DNA of 57,281 nucleotides from a virus (Duplodnaviria > Caudoviricetes), in the IMG/VR virus record IMGVR_UViG_3300014838_000023, positions 1 to 57,281 of that record, one strand, 5' to 3'. Below are positions 46,605 through 55,380 of this stretch, in pieces. The notes under the pieces are model-generated. The model was not told the origin of the DNA. It saw nothing but the letters and a program-made list of their open reading frames with translations, and searched no databases. The position numbers and the translations under genes are program-made. The first letter of the stretch is position 1. Each line of letters begins with the position of its first letter.

Positions 46605-48044
46605 ATGGAACGAGGTCTCACCAAGAACGCAGTCATCAGCGAACTCACCCGCAGCCCGCACGGTGATCTCGCGCAGTACCTTCCCGTCGGCCTGAAGGCC
46701 GCCGCGGAGGACCCGAACTTCTTCGCCCACCTCGTTGCCTGGAACCAGGCCAAAGGCGCGATCCGCGACGCCAAGGTGGCACTCCCGGTCATCGCGCTGA
46801 CGGCTACTGGCGACGACGTCGAGCTGCGCGACAACGCGCTGGCGCACGTCGTGTCGCTCGATCCGCGCAACCTCGTGCGGGCCGTGCGCTTCGCCAAGGG
46901 CCAGAAGGGCGTCAAGCAGCGCCAGCTGTACCGCACGGTCGAGCGCTATCTGCGCGAGCGTGAGGAGTCGCCAGGCCGATTCGAGCGCGCCGCGCTGCAG
47001 CACAAGGCTTCGATGAAGGAGCTCTATGCGCTCCTGCACATCAAGCCGGGTGCCGGCGCGCAGAAGATCCTCTTCGAAGGCGCCAAGATGGGAGTCTTCG
47101 CGGACGTGGCCAACATGAAGTTCATGGCACCCGACGAGATCGCCGGCACGATCATGCGCCGCAAGATCCCGTTCCTGGTCGCCATGGGTGCCCTGGGCGC
47201 CAAGGCGAAGGATCCGGCCGTCGTGCAGGCGTTGATCGGTGCAATGTCGCCGACCGAACTGGTCACGAACTCGAAGATGCTCGAGCGCCTGGGCGTGAAG
47301 AACACCCCGTCGCTGCGCGCCGCGTACGAGGCCGGCCTGCAGAAGGTCGCCACGTCGAAGGTGTCCACGCTGAAGACGACGCGCGCTGCGGAAGCCATCG
47401 GTGGGAAGACCGCCGAGAAGCTGAAGGGCGTGCAGGAAAAGCAACTGGACAACCAGGCAGTGGAAGGTGACTGGGCCATCCTCGCCGACAAGTCCGGCTC
47501 GATGCAGCACGCGATCGAGGCGGCTCGCCAGGTGGCGGCCATCCTGGCGCGGGTTGCGGCTGGCAAGACGCATCTCGTGTTCTTCAACTCGGCGCCGACG
47601 TACTACGACGTGACGGGCATGGCGCTGGACAAGATCATGGAGATCACCAAGCGCGAAATCGCGTCCGGCGGCACGTGCATCGGCTGCAGCCTCGACTACC
47701 TGCTGAAGAAGAAGATCGAGGTCGACGGCATCGCGGTCGTGTCGGACGGCGGTGAGAACCAGCCGCCGGCATTCCGCGAGGTGCACGCGTCGTACACGGA
47801 GAAGTTCGGCAAGGAGGTGCCGGTCTACTACTACAAGCTCAAGGGCGACAGCAACGACACGTTCCTGCCGAACTGCGAGAGGAACGGCCTGGCGCTGAAC
47901 ACGTTCGACCTGACCAAGGGGGTCGATTTCTACAGCCTGCCGAACCTGGTCCAGACGATGCGCACCAACCGCTACTCGCTGGTCGACGAGATCATGAGCG
48001 TGCCGCTCCTGAGGCTCGAGGATGTTTTCAAGCTCGCGGCCTAG
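46605..48044 (+). CDS. Ro60/Rsr-like TROVE-vWA RNA-binding protein
   Basis: Basic helical N-terminal region (DPNFFAHL...IRDAK, MSPTELVTN...LERLG) and C-terminal vWA MIDAS (DKSGSM, GGT, VVSDGGEN). GGAGG RBS. Adjacent to Y-like RNAs. Confidence 0.75.
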   Translation: MERGLTKNAVISELTRSPHGDLAQYLPVGLKAAAEDPNFFAHLVAWNQAKGAIRDAKVALPVIALTATGDDVELRDNALAHVVSLDPRNLVRAVRFAKGQKGVKQRQLYRTVERYLREREESPGRFERAALQHKASMKELYALLHIKPGAGAQKILFEGAKMGVFADVANMKFMAPDEIAGTIMRRKIPFLVAMGALGAKAKDPAVVQALIGAMSPTELVTNSKMLERLGVKNTPSLRAAYEAGLQKVATSKVSTLKTTRAAEAIGGKTAEKLKGVQEKQLDNQAVEGDWAILADKSGSMQHAIEAARQVAAILARVAAGKTHLVFFNSAPTYYDVTGMALDKIMEITKREIASGGTCIGCSLDYLLKKKIEVDGIAVVSDGGENQPPAFREVHASYTEKFGKEVPVYYYKLKGDSNDTFLPNCERNGLALNTFDLTKGVDFYSLPNLVQTMRTNRYSLVDEIMSVPLLRLEDVFKLAA

Positions 48045-48068
48045 CCGCATTTTTTGAAGGAGAAAGAG

Positions 48069-48374
48069 ATGTTGTTTCAACGAATCCGGACTCTCCAAGT
48101 CGATCGTCTCGACGTGGACGAGGCCATCGAACTGGTCACCTTCGGCCGCATTGCCGAGACCACGTACTCGGGCTACAACGTTCCGACGCCCGAGTGGCTG
48201 AAGGACGGCATCGCGCAGCTGGACACCGAGATCAAGCGGCGTCGGCGCGACATGCTCGAGGCGCGGGCTAAGGAACTCAAGGCCAAGCTCTCGACGCTCA
48301 AGTCGCGCGAGGAACGCAAGTCGGAGACCGAAGCCGAACTGGCCAAGCTCAACGATGCGCTCGGAACCCCGTAA
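48069..48374 (+). CDS. Small coiled-coil protein downstream of the TROVE gene
   Basis: AAGGAG RBS, 101 aa, coiled-coil C-terminus. Confidence 0.65.
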   Translation: MLFQRIRTLQVDRLDVDEAIELVTFGRIAETTYSGYNVPTPEWLKDGIAQLDTEIKRRRRDMLEARAKELKAKLSTLKSREERKSETEAELAKLNDALGTP

Positions 48375-48378
48375 TCCG

Positions 48379-48516
48379 GTGCTCCGGAAGGCAGACCCCG
48401 AAAAGCGGGTCTGCCTTCACTGCGGCTTCCATTGGTTGCCGCGGATCGAGGCTCGGCAACGCAAGTGTCCGCAATGCCAGAGTCGGAAGTGGGACGTGAA
48501 GCCGAACGGCAAGTGA
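48379..48516 (+). CDS. Small Zn-ribbon protein (45 aa)
   Basis: Manual translation: MLRKADPEKRVCLHCGFHWLPRIEARQRKCPQCQSRKWDVKPNGK. Confidence 0.5.
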   Translation: MLRKADPEKRVCLHCGFHWLPRIEARQRKCPQCQSRKWDVKPNGK

Positions 48517-48525
48517 TGCTTTGAT

Positions 48526-48665
48526 GAGGGTTCTGCGGGCCACTAGGCTTGGGCAGGGTATCCATGAACCTGCTGCTCCAGTGACCCGACAAGGCCGGGT
48601 AGGAGCTAGTTGGCCAACAGTTAGGGTGTGTCGGTTCGATCCCGAAGCGCGCCTGCAGAACTCTC
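48526..48665 (+). ncRNA. Candidate structured RNA with T-loop
   Basis: 15-bp closing stem GAGGGTTCTGCGGGC/GCCTGCAGAACTCTC. Internal hairpins GCAGG/CCTGC, GCTCC/GGAGC, ACCCG/CGGGT and TCGG-TTCGATC-CCGA. Confidence 0.5.
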
Positions 48666-48675
48666 TTCAAAGCAA

Positions 48676-50469
48676 ATGTCAACATTGGTTTTCGACACGG
48701 AATGTTTTCGTGACTACTGGCTCATTTCATTCCGCAATATCGAGACCGGCAAAACCGCCCACTTCGAGCTCTACGAAGGCCACCCGATCCCCGCGCCCAC
48801 CGTTATGGAAATCCTGCGCAACCACACGCTGATCTCGTTCAACGGCCGGTCCTACGACATGCCAATCACGATGATGGCGTGCATGGGCGAGTCGAACCAA
48901 AGGCTCAAGGACGCCAGCGACGCGATCATCGTCAAGAAGCACGCATACTGGTCCGACGAATTCAAGGCCGCCTTCCCTGAGGCTTCCTACGGTCGTGACG
49001 AGTTCGATCACATCGACCTGATCGACGTGGCCCCCGGCCAGGCCTCGCTGAAGATCTACGGCGGCCGGCTGCACGCCAGGCGCATGCAGGACCTGCCGAT
49101 CGATCCGGCCGACAGCATCACGCCGGAGCTTCGTCCGCAACTGGTCGAGTACTGCGGCAACGACCTGCAGACCACGGTCGACCTCTACATGGCCCTGCAG
49201 GAGCAGCTCGACCTGCGCCAGCGCATGGGCATGCAGTACGGCATCGACCTGCGCAGCAAGTCCGACGCCCAGATCGCCGAGAACGTGATCCGCGGCCGCG
49301 TCCAGAAGGACACCGGCAACCGGATCAATGCGCCGGTCATCAAGCCCGGCACACAGTTCCAGTACAAGGCTCCCGACTTCGTGCGCTTCTCGACGCTGCA
49401 TCTGCGTGAGCTGGTGGTGGCCATCGAGGCAGGCTACTTCTACGTATCCGGCACGGGCGCCGTAGAGATGTCGGACGTGCTGGCCAAGACGAAGATCACG
49501 ATCGGGGATTCGGTGTACCGCATGGGGATCGGCGGGCTTCATTCGAGCGAGACCTGTGCCGCCCACGTGGCCGGAAACGGCATTCTGCTGCGAGACCGCG
49601 ACGTGCGAAGCTACTACCCCGATATCATCCTGCGCCAAGGCCTGTACCCGAAGCAGATGGGCCCGCACTTCCTGGCCGTCTATCGCGACATCCTGAATCG
49701 CCGCCTGCGGGCCAAGGACGCCGGCAAGAAGGTCGAGGCCGACAGCCTCAAGATCGTGGTCAACGGCTCGTTTGGCAAACTTGGCAGCAAGTACAGCAGC
49801 CTCTACAGCCCTGACCTGCTGATCCAGACGACCGTCACCGGCCAGTTGTGCCTGCTGATGCTGATCGAGCAGCTCGAGGGGCACGGGATTGCCGTCGTCA
49901 GCGCGAATACCGACGGCGCGGTCATCAAGTGCCCGGCCGAGCTCGAAGACACCATGCTGCGCATTGTCTGGGTCTGGGAGGTCGCCACCGGCTTCGTGAC
50001 CGAAGAGACGGCCTACGACGCGATCTATTCGCGCGACGTCAACAACTACATCGCGCTGAAGCAAGGCGGCGGCACCAAGCTGAAGGGCGCCTTCGCGCCG
50101 CCAGGCCTGCAGAAGAACCCGACGAACCAGATCTGCGTGGATGCAGCCGTCAACTTCCTGGAACTGGGTGTGCCTGTCGAGTCCACCGTCAGGTGCTGCA
50201 CCGACGTGAGGAAATTCGTCAGCGTGCGGCGCGTCTCCGGCGGCGCGGTCAAGGACGGTCAGTATCTCGGGAAGGCGATCCGCTGGTACATGGCCAAGGG
50301 TGTCGAGGGCGTCATTCAGATGCAAGGCAGCGGCTACACGGTGGCCCGCACCGAGGGCGCCAAGCCGCTGATGGTGCTGCCCGACTCGCTGCCCGATGAC
50401 CTGGATCTGGACTGGTACGTGCGCGAAGCGAAGAGCATCTTGGCCGACGTCGGCTGGAAGGAATCGTGA
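48676..50469 (+). CDS. Family B DNA polymerase with 3'-5' exonuclease
   Basis: Exonuclease motifs FDTE, FNGRSYD, YCGND. Polymerase motifs DVRSYYP, KIVVNGSFGK, NTDG. Confidence 0.85.
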   Translation: MSTLVFDTECFRDYWLISFRNIETGKTAHFELYEGHPIPAPTVMEILRNHTLISFNGRSYDMPITMMACMGESNQRLKDASDAIIVKKHAYWSDEFKAAFPEASYGRDEFDHIDLIDVAPGQASLKIYGGRLHARRMQDLPIDPADSITPELRPQLVEYCGNDLQTTVDLYMALQEQLDLRQRMGMQYGIDLRSKSDAQIAENVIRGRVQKDTGNRINAPVIKPGTQFQYKAPDFVRFSTLHLRELVVAIEAGYFYVSGTGAVEMSDVLAKTKITIGDSVYRMGIGGLHSSETCAAHVAGNGILLRDRDVRSYYPDIILRQGLYPKQMGPHFLAVYRDILNRRLRAKDAGKKVEADSLKIVVNGSFGKLGSKYSSLYSPDLLIQTTVTGQLCLLMLIEQLEGHGIAVVSANTDGAVIKCPAELEDTMLRIVWVWEVATGFVTEETAYDAIYSRDVNNYIALKQGGGTKLKGAFAPPGLQKNPTNQICVDAAVNFLELGVPVESTVRCCTDVRKFVSVRRVSGGAVKDGQYLGKAIRWYMAKGVEGVIQMQGSGYTVARTEGAKPLMVLPDSLPDDLDLDWYVREAKSILADVGWKES

Positions 50470-50732
50470 TGAGCCGAGCCAGAGATCGCGACGAACATCG
50501 AGGCCACACCTACGAGGATCAAATGATGAGCGCCACGACTGACGACGGCATCGATAGCGAAGGCGATCTCGAAGGCTTCCCCTGCCGCTACTGCAAGACC
50601 CCGGTCTACTGGGGCGACCACTACAACTCGACAGGTGAACCCGGCCGTCGCCTGTTCACGGCCTCGAATAGGCGGCTGCATGCCTGCGGCAGCAAGCTCG
50701 ACCCTGACGCATTTGCGGCGGTGCCGGAATGA
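50466..50732 (+). CDS. Small Zn-finger protein
   Basis: CRYC...W...RLF...HAC, ends DAFAAVPE. Confidence 0.55.
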   Translation: MMSRARDRDEHRGHTYEDQMMSATTDDGIDSEGDLEGFPCRYCKTPVYWGDHYNSTGEPGRRLFTASNRRLHACGSKLDPDAFAAVPE

Positions 50733-50950
50733 CACAGACGCTTGCCGAGCTTCGTAAAAACCTCGCCGAGGTAAAGGCGAAAATTCGCGAGATCGGTGGG
50801 CCGAAGGGCGACTACTGCAAGAAGTGCGGATCGACTGATGTGTTCTGGATGTTCGGTGTCTTCAAAAAAGGCGATGCGGTGCTGTTCAACAACAGCGCCC
50901 CCGGTAGACACATTTGCATCAAGGACGATTTCGAGGCGGTCCCCGAATGA
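50729..50950 (+). CDS. Small Zn-finger protein
   Basis: CKKCGS..VFW...LF...HIC, ends DDFEAVPE. Confidence 0.55.
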   Translation: MTQTLAELRKNLAEVKAKIREIGGPKGDYCKKCGSTDVFWMFGVFKKGDAVLFNNSAPGRHICIKDDFEAVPE

Positions 50951-50973
50951 AAGCCGGCTCTCCGGAATAGCGT

Positions 50974-51603
50974 GTGGAAACCATCATGACTGAGCAACCC
51001 CCAAAAACGGAATATCGTGTGGAAACGACGGCCAGGATTGGGTACGCAGACCCGCCGTATATCGGGTGCGCTCACCTCTACGCTGACCACCCGGACTATG
51101 CGGGAGAGGTCGACCACGCAGCGCTCATCGAACGCCTCGAAAGCGAGTTCGACGGGTGGGTTCTCCATGCGTCGGCGACCGCCACGAGCATGGCAATACT
51201 CGCCCCGCTGGTCGCCAAGACCGGCGCTCGATGGATGTCCTGGGTGAAAGGCTTTGCGGCCTTCAAACGCAACGTGAGCGTGGCTTACGCCTGGGAGCCT
51301 GTCATCGTCAAGCCGGCTCGGAAGCCCGTCGTCAGCAAGCGGCTTGTGATGCGGGACTGGGTGCAGGAGTCCATCACTCTCAAGCGCGGGCTGACGGGCG
51401 CCAAGCCAGAAGCGGTTTGCCATTGGGCGTTTGAGATGGTCGGCGCCAGGCCAGACGACCACTTGGTGGACATCTTCCCCGGCACCGGGGCGGTCTCCGT
51501 AGCCTGGAAGACGTGGCAAGGCAAGTTCACCCTGCCCGGTGATGGCACGCCTCGATTCCACACACAGCCAGTCAAGAGCCATGACCTGTTTTCCACACAG
51601 TAA
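50974..51603 (+). CDS. Orphan amino-DNA methyltransferase (N6A/N4C)
   Basis: Catalytic YADPPY motif precedes the SAM-binding motif DIFPGTG (beta-like order). KP motif present. Confidence 0.7.
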   Translation: METIMTEQPPKTEYRVETTARIGYADPPYIGCAHLYADHPDYAGEVDHAALIERLESEFDGWVLHASATATSMAILAPLVAKTGARWMSWVKGFAAFKRNVSVAYAWEPVIVKPARKPVVSKRLVMRDWVQESITLKRGLTGAKPEAVCHWAFEMVGARPDDHLVDIFPGTGAVSVAWKTWQGKFTLPGDGTPRFHTQPVKSHDLFSTQ

Positions 51604-51817
51604 TCCGGAGAGCCTGAAAGCCAAGGCCAAGGCGGAGCAGGGCTACGAGGCCTCGCCGCCCCTGTGCCGCAACTGCGACCACTTCCTGAACGGCGGCCTG
51701 CGCCCGCATCCCAAGACGGGCTTCGTCTCGCATCGCTGCGCCCTCGGCAAGTTCAACACGTCACACTACTCGATCTGCGACAGGTGGACATCCAAAGGTG
51801 AGGTACTTCTCAAATGA
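51581..51817 (+). CDS. Small Cys-rich protein
   Basis: QGY...CRNC...RCALGKF...ICDRW. Confidence 0.5.
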   Translation: MTCFPHSNPESLKAKAKAEQGYEASPPLCRNCDHFLNGGLRPHPKTGFVSHRCALGKFNTSHYSICDRWTSKGEVLLK

Positions 51818-51943
51818 ATCGCCCCTTCGCTTCCGGCCTGGCCTTCACCGCTCCGTTCCTGCTGACCGGATTCATGGGCCTGCCCGCCAACGTGTTCGTG
51901 CTTATCGGCGTCGGCTTCGCCCTGGCACTGTTCGTCGACCACT

Positions 51944-52246
51944 ATGCGTGAACGAGACATCAGGAAAGCCCTGAAGTCCAGGGTCGAGGACTACGGCGGC
52001 GAGATCCGAGCCGTGAGCTGGCTGGGTCGACGCCATGCGCCGGATGTGATGGTCCTCTTCCCCGGAGAGACACGAGTGGGCTGGGTGATGCCAAAGGGCC
52101 ATCCCTTCGTCGAGACGAAGGCCCCCGGCGGCGTGCCGACAGATGGCCAGTCGCGTGAGCATGCCCGTATGTGGGCGGCCGGCTGCACGGTGCTCGTGAT
52201 CTCGACCGTCGAGCAGCTCGACAAGTGGCTGCCGCCATTGCCATGA
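51944..52246 (+). CDS. VRR-NUC domain nuclease
   Basis: ERDI...APD...FVETKAPGG...Q.REH. Confidence 0.85.
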   Translation: MRERDIRKALKSRVEDYGGEIRAVSWLGRRHAPDVMVLFPGETRVGWVMPKGHPFVETKAPGGVPTDGQSREHARMWAAGCTVLVISTVEQLDKWLPPLP

Positions 52247-52621
52247 AGTACACGCGCGAGCAGCTTAGGGCGAAGGGATGGGGGCGTCGATTCGTCGCCT
52301 ACTTCTGGTACACCGGATGGTCGAACCTTTCGTTTGGAGTCAACATTGATCTCGCTCAGCCGAACATCGAAATCCATCTCCCGGTCTGGTTCTTTCGAAT
52401 CGGCTGGATCGGTAGGCTCGATCTTCGTGGTCTAAAGCACCATCAAGCTCGTTCGTTCGGCTACGGTGTCAAGCGATGATCGACATCAAAGCGTTGAAGG
52501 CCGAAGCCTACCTGCGCAAGCTGGAGCCGGGGCAACCGAAACGGCATTGCCAAATTCTTGAACAGATCGCCAAAGAAAACGGCTTCAAGACTTGGGCGGC
52601 ACTACTCGCATCTCAGAAAAA

Positions 52622-52990
52622 ATGAAGACCATCATCGCCGGCTCGAGATTCGACTGGTACGACGAGGCCTTGCGTGCTCGCTGGAGGAAGGTTCTCTACG
52701 CCGCGGCCGACGAGTTCTACCTGGCCTACGGCATCACCAAGGTCTTCAGCGGCACGGCCTCTGGCTGCGATAGGCTGGGCGAGGAGTGGGCGCAAAAGAA
52801 CTGCATCGGCGTCAAGTACTTTCCAGCGGCTTGGGAAAACGGACGACAGGCCGCTGCGAGAAACGCGGAGATGGCCAAGGAAGCCGACGCGCTGATCGCG
52901 GTCTGGGATGGAGTCTCGCCAGGGACCCGGCTCATGATCGACATGGCGCACAAGCGAGGCTTGACGGTTTGCCTTCGGATATTCGGATGA
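52622..52990 (+). CDS. YspA/DUF2493 SLOG-family protein
   Basis: IIAGSR...SGTASGCD..GEEWA...RNAEMA...WDGVSPGT..MID. Confidence 0.8.
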   Translation: MKTIIAGSRFDWYDEALRARWRKVLYAAADEFYLAYGITKVFSGTASGCDRLGEEWAQKNCIGVKYFPAAWENGRQAAARNAEMAKEADALIAVWDGVSPGTRLMIDMAHKRGLTVCLRIFG

Positions 52991-55380
52991 TCGGCCGCCC
53001 CCGCGAAACCCCAACGCCGACTCCCGCGCGCGAGTTCGTGCCCAGGCCTTGGCAGCCGCCGATGATCGATTTCGCGCTGTCTCACAAGCGGTGCAACATC
53101 CTGGCGCGCATGGGCATGGGCAAGAGCTCGGCCATCCTGGCAGCCCTCGACGCGCTCATGTTGAGTGGGGCCGTCAACAAGCCGCTGGTGCTGGCGCCCT
53201 TGCGCGTGGCCCGCAGCACCTGGCCCGAAGAGGCCAGGAAGTGGGAGCAGTTCGAGTACATGAAGATCCAGCCGATCGTCGGCCAGATCGACGCTCGAAA
53301 GAAGGCCCTTCTGAATACCGACGCCGAGATCTTCACCGTCAACTACGACGTGCTGCCCTGGCTGGTCTCGCACCTGGGCCGCAAGTGGCCGTTCGACTGC
53401 GTGGTTGCCGATGAATGTTTTGAAGCTAGTACTCCGATTCTCACACAACAAGGCTTAAGACGTATAGACTCCGTTCTTGAAGGCGAGCTTGTTGCTACCG
53501 CCTTCGGTTTCAAACGGGTGTCATATGTCTTCAAAAAGAAAGCCTCGTCGCTCGTCCGACTCCATCTGTCCGACGGAAGAAAAATTGTCTGTACTCCAAC
53601 TCACTCATTCTGGGCTGAAGGTCGTTGGACAGCATCCGAAAACACAACCGGACTCGCTCTTGTTTGTTCTACGGACGTGCAAGCACTGCGACGCGCAATT
53701 CGGAATCCGAGCTTCGCAACTGACGTCATCGAAAAGAGGCCAGTATTGCAGTCGGTCCTGCTCGACCTTGGCATGGACATCAACCAAGCCGAAGGTATGG
53801 TTTCAAGAGCAGGCCATGAAAGACCTGTTGCCTTGGATCAAAGCGAACGGATCCTGGAATTCAGGAATTCCGATGCGAGAGTCGACACGCGAAAAGCTGT
53901 CTGTGCAAGGCCGTCTTCGAGGCGATCCGTTCACGTCAAAGACTCGCGGCGGGAATGGAACAGGCATGAGCGACTGCGAAGTAATTTTGAGCCGAGTTCT
54001 GGAGCCGGGATGGTTCTGGAACATGTCGATCAGTACGAGAGTGTTGACGAGAGCGGGATGGAAAGGTTTGCCCTCGAACTACAAACCGGATTTCGCATGG
54101 CCGGAGCGCAAGACCTGCTTGGAAGTGGATGGAGCGACACACAACACAAAGATTGGAAAAGAGCGAGACATAAAGAAGACCGAAGCCCTCGAAGCGTTAG
54201 GGTGGACCGTGTTGAGAATATCGAATGCGGAGGTTCGGTTGCGGTATGGGATCTCGAAGTAGAGGATGCACATCATTACTTCGCGAATGGGATCCTTGTG
54301 CACAACTGCACCAAGCTGAAAAACCATCGCCTCACGCAAGGCGGGCAGCGTGCGCAGGCTCTGTCCGATGTCGCCTTCTACGATCCGAAGAAGCCTACGG
54401 ACGTGCTTGTGGATCGCTGGATCAATTTGAGCGGCACCTTCTCGCCGAACGGCCTGGCCGATGTGTGGGGCCCGATGTGGTTTTTGGATCAAGGCTCGCG
54501 ACTGGGACGGTCCTACTCGGCCTTCGAGAACCGATGGTTCGGGTATCTGCGCGCCAAGGACGCCGTCAACGCCCACAAGACCCGCATCAAACGCATCGCG
54601 TTCCCGCACACCTTCGCCGAGATCACCGGCCTCATCAAGGACGTGACGATCTCGTTCGATCCGAAGGACTGGTTCGACGTCAAGTACCCGATCGTCGAGC
54701 GCATCTACGTCGACCTGCCGCCCACGGTCAGGGGGAAGTACCGGGCCATGGAGCGCGAGATGTTCACGCAGATCGCCGGCTACGACATCGAGGCCTTCGC
54801 CTCGTCTGGCAAGGTTATAAAATGTTTGCAACTGGCCAACGGCGCGGTCTACACCGGCAGCGAAGAGGAGATCGTGGCAGACGTCTCGCACTGGGTCGAA
54901 GCGCACGACGAGAAGCTGCAGGCCGTCGAGGAGGTCATCGAAGAGGCGCAAGGCGCGCCCGTGATGATCGTCTATCACTTCAAGCCCGATCTCGTGCGTC
55001 TGAAGAAGCGCTTCCCGGAAGGCCGGCACATCCACACCAAGCAGGACGAGGACGACTTCAAGGCGGGCCTGATCGAGATCGCCTTCGTGCACGCCCAGAG
55101 CATCGGCCACGGAGTCGACGGCTTCCAGAACGTGTGCAACATCATCGTCTTCTTTGCTATATCATGGGACCTTGAAACACATGACCAAATTATTGAAAGG
55201 ATTGGGCCGATGCGTCAGATGCAGGCCGGGCTCGATCGCGAAGTCATGGTCTACCTGATCCTGGCCAGGAACACCGTGGACGAACTGGTCGACCGGCGTC
55301 TCGTCATGAAGCGCGCGACGCAGGACGCGACGTTTGACAGTTTCGCGTACAAGCCGCCACCTGAGGAACGACTCTGGTGA
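52987..55380 (+). CDS. SNF2-family helicase containing an intein
   Basis: RPWQ, MGMGKS, APLRVA..TW, DE|C, LSGTFSPN, LQLANG, GHGVD, RIG..RQ. Confidence 0.9.
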   Translation: MIGRPRETPTPTPAREFVPRPWQPPMIDFALSHKRCNILARMGMGKSSAILAALDALMLSGAVNKPLVLAPLRVARSTWPEEARKWEQFEYMKIQPIVGQIDARKKALLNTDAEIFTVNYDVLPWLVSHLGRKWPFDCVVADECFEASTPILTQQGLRRIDSVLEGELVATAFGFKRVSYVFKKKASSLVRLHLSDGRKIVCTPTHSFWAEGRWTASENTTGLALVCSTDVQALRRAIRNPSFATDVIEKRPVLQSVLLDLGMDINQAEGMVSRAGHERPVALDQSERILEFRNSDARVDTRKAVCARPSSRRSVHVKDSRREWNRHERLRSNFEPSSGAGMVLEHVDQYESVDESGMERFALELQTGFRMAGAQDLLGSGWSDTQHKDWKRARHKEDRSPRSVRVDRVENIECGGSVAVWDLEVEDAHHYFANGILVHNCTKLKNHRLTQGGQRAQALSDVAFYDPKKPTDVLVDRWINLSGTFSPNGLADVWGPMWFLDQGSRLGRSYSAFENRWFGYLRAKDAVNAHKTRIKRIAFPHTFAEITGLIKDVTISFDPKDWFDVKYPIVERIYVDLPPTVRGKYRAMEREMFTQIAGYDIEAFASSGKVIKCLQLANGAVYTGSEEEIVADVSHWVEAHDEKLQAVEEVIEEAQGAPVMIVYHFKPDLVRLKKRFPEGRHIHTKQDEDDFKAGLIEIAFVHAQSIGHGVDGFQNVCNIIVFFAISWDLETHDQIIERIGPMRQMQAGLDREVMVYLILARNTVDELVDRRLVMKRATQDATFDSFAYKPPPEERLW
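53416..54306 (+). mobile_element. Intein (297 aa) inserted in helicase motif II
   Basis: Begins CFEASTPI after VVADE. Block B CTPTHSF. Ends VWDLEVEDAHHYFANGILVHN followed by a Cys +1. Lower GC than the flanks. Confidence 0.9.
53477..54262 (+). CDS. DUF559/Vsr-like endonuclease with Zn finger, nested in the +1 frame of the intein (start uncertain; first ATG at 53525)
   Basis: CKHC...YCSRSC, SWNSG...ESTREKLS (NUMOD-like), YKPDFA...LEVDGATH...D..K...L...GWTVLRISN. Confidence 0.75.
   Translation: MKASLLLPPSVSNGCHMSSKRKPRRSSDSICPTEEKLSVLQLTHSGLKVVGQHPKTQPDSLLFVLRTCKHCDAQFGIRASQLTSSKRGQYCSRSCSTLAWTSTKPKVWFQEQAMKDLLPWIKANGSWNSGIPMRESTREKLSVQGRLRGDPFTSKTRGGNGTGMSDCEVILSRVLEPGWFWNMSISTRVLTRAGWKGLPSNYKPDFAWPERKTCLEVDGATHNTKIGKERDIKKTEALEALGWTVLRISNAEVRLRYGISK

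Noticed and set aside
48387-48418. Strong hairpin GAAGGCAGACCC...GGGTCTGCCTTC as a terminator
   Set aside because: No U-tract follows and it lies within a plausible Zn-ribbon ORF. Role unresolved.
53531-53541. Slippery AAAAAG site as the route into the nested endonuclease frame
   Set aside because: It is not a full X XXY YYZ heptamer, and a -1 shift would not reach the +1 frame.
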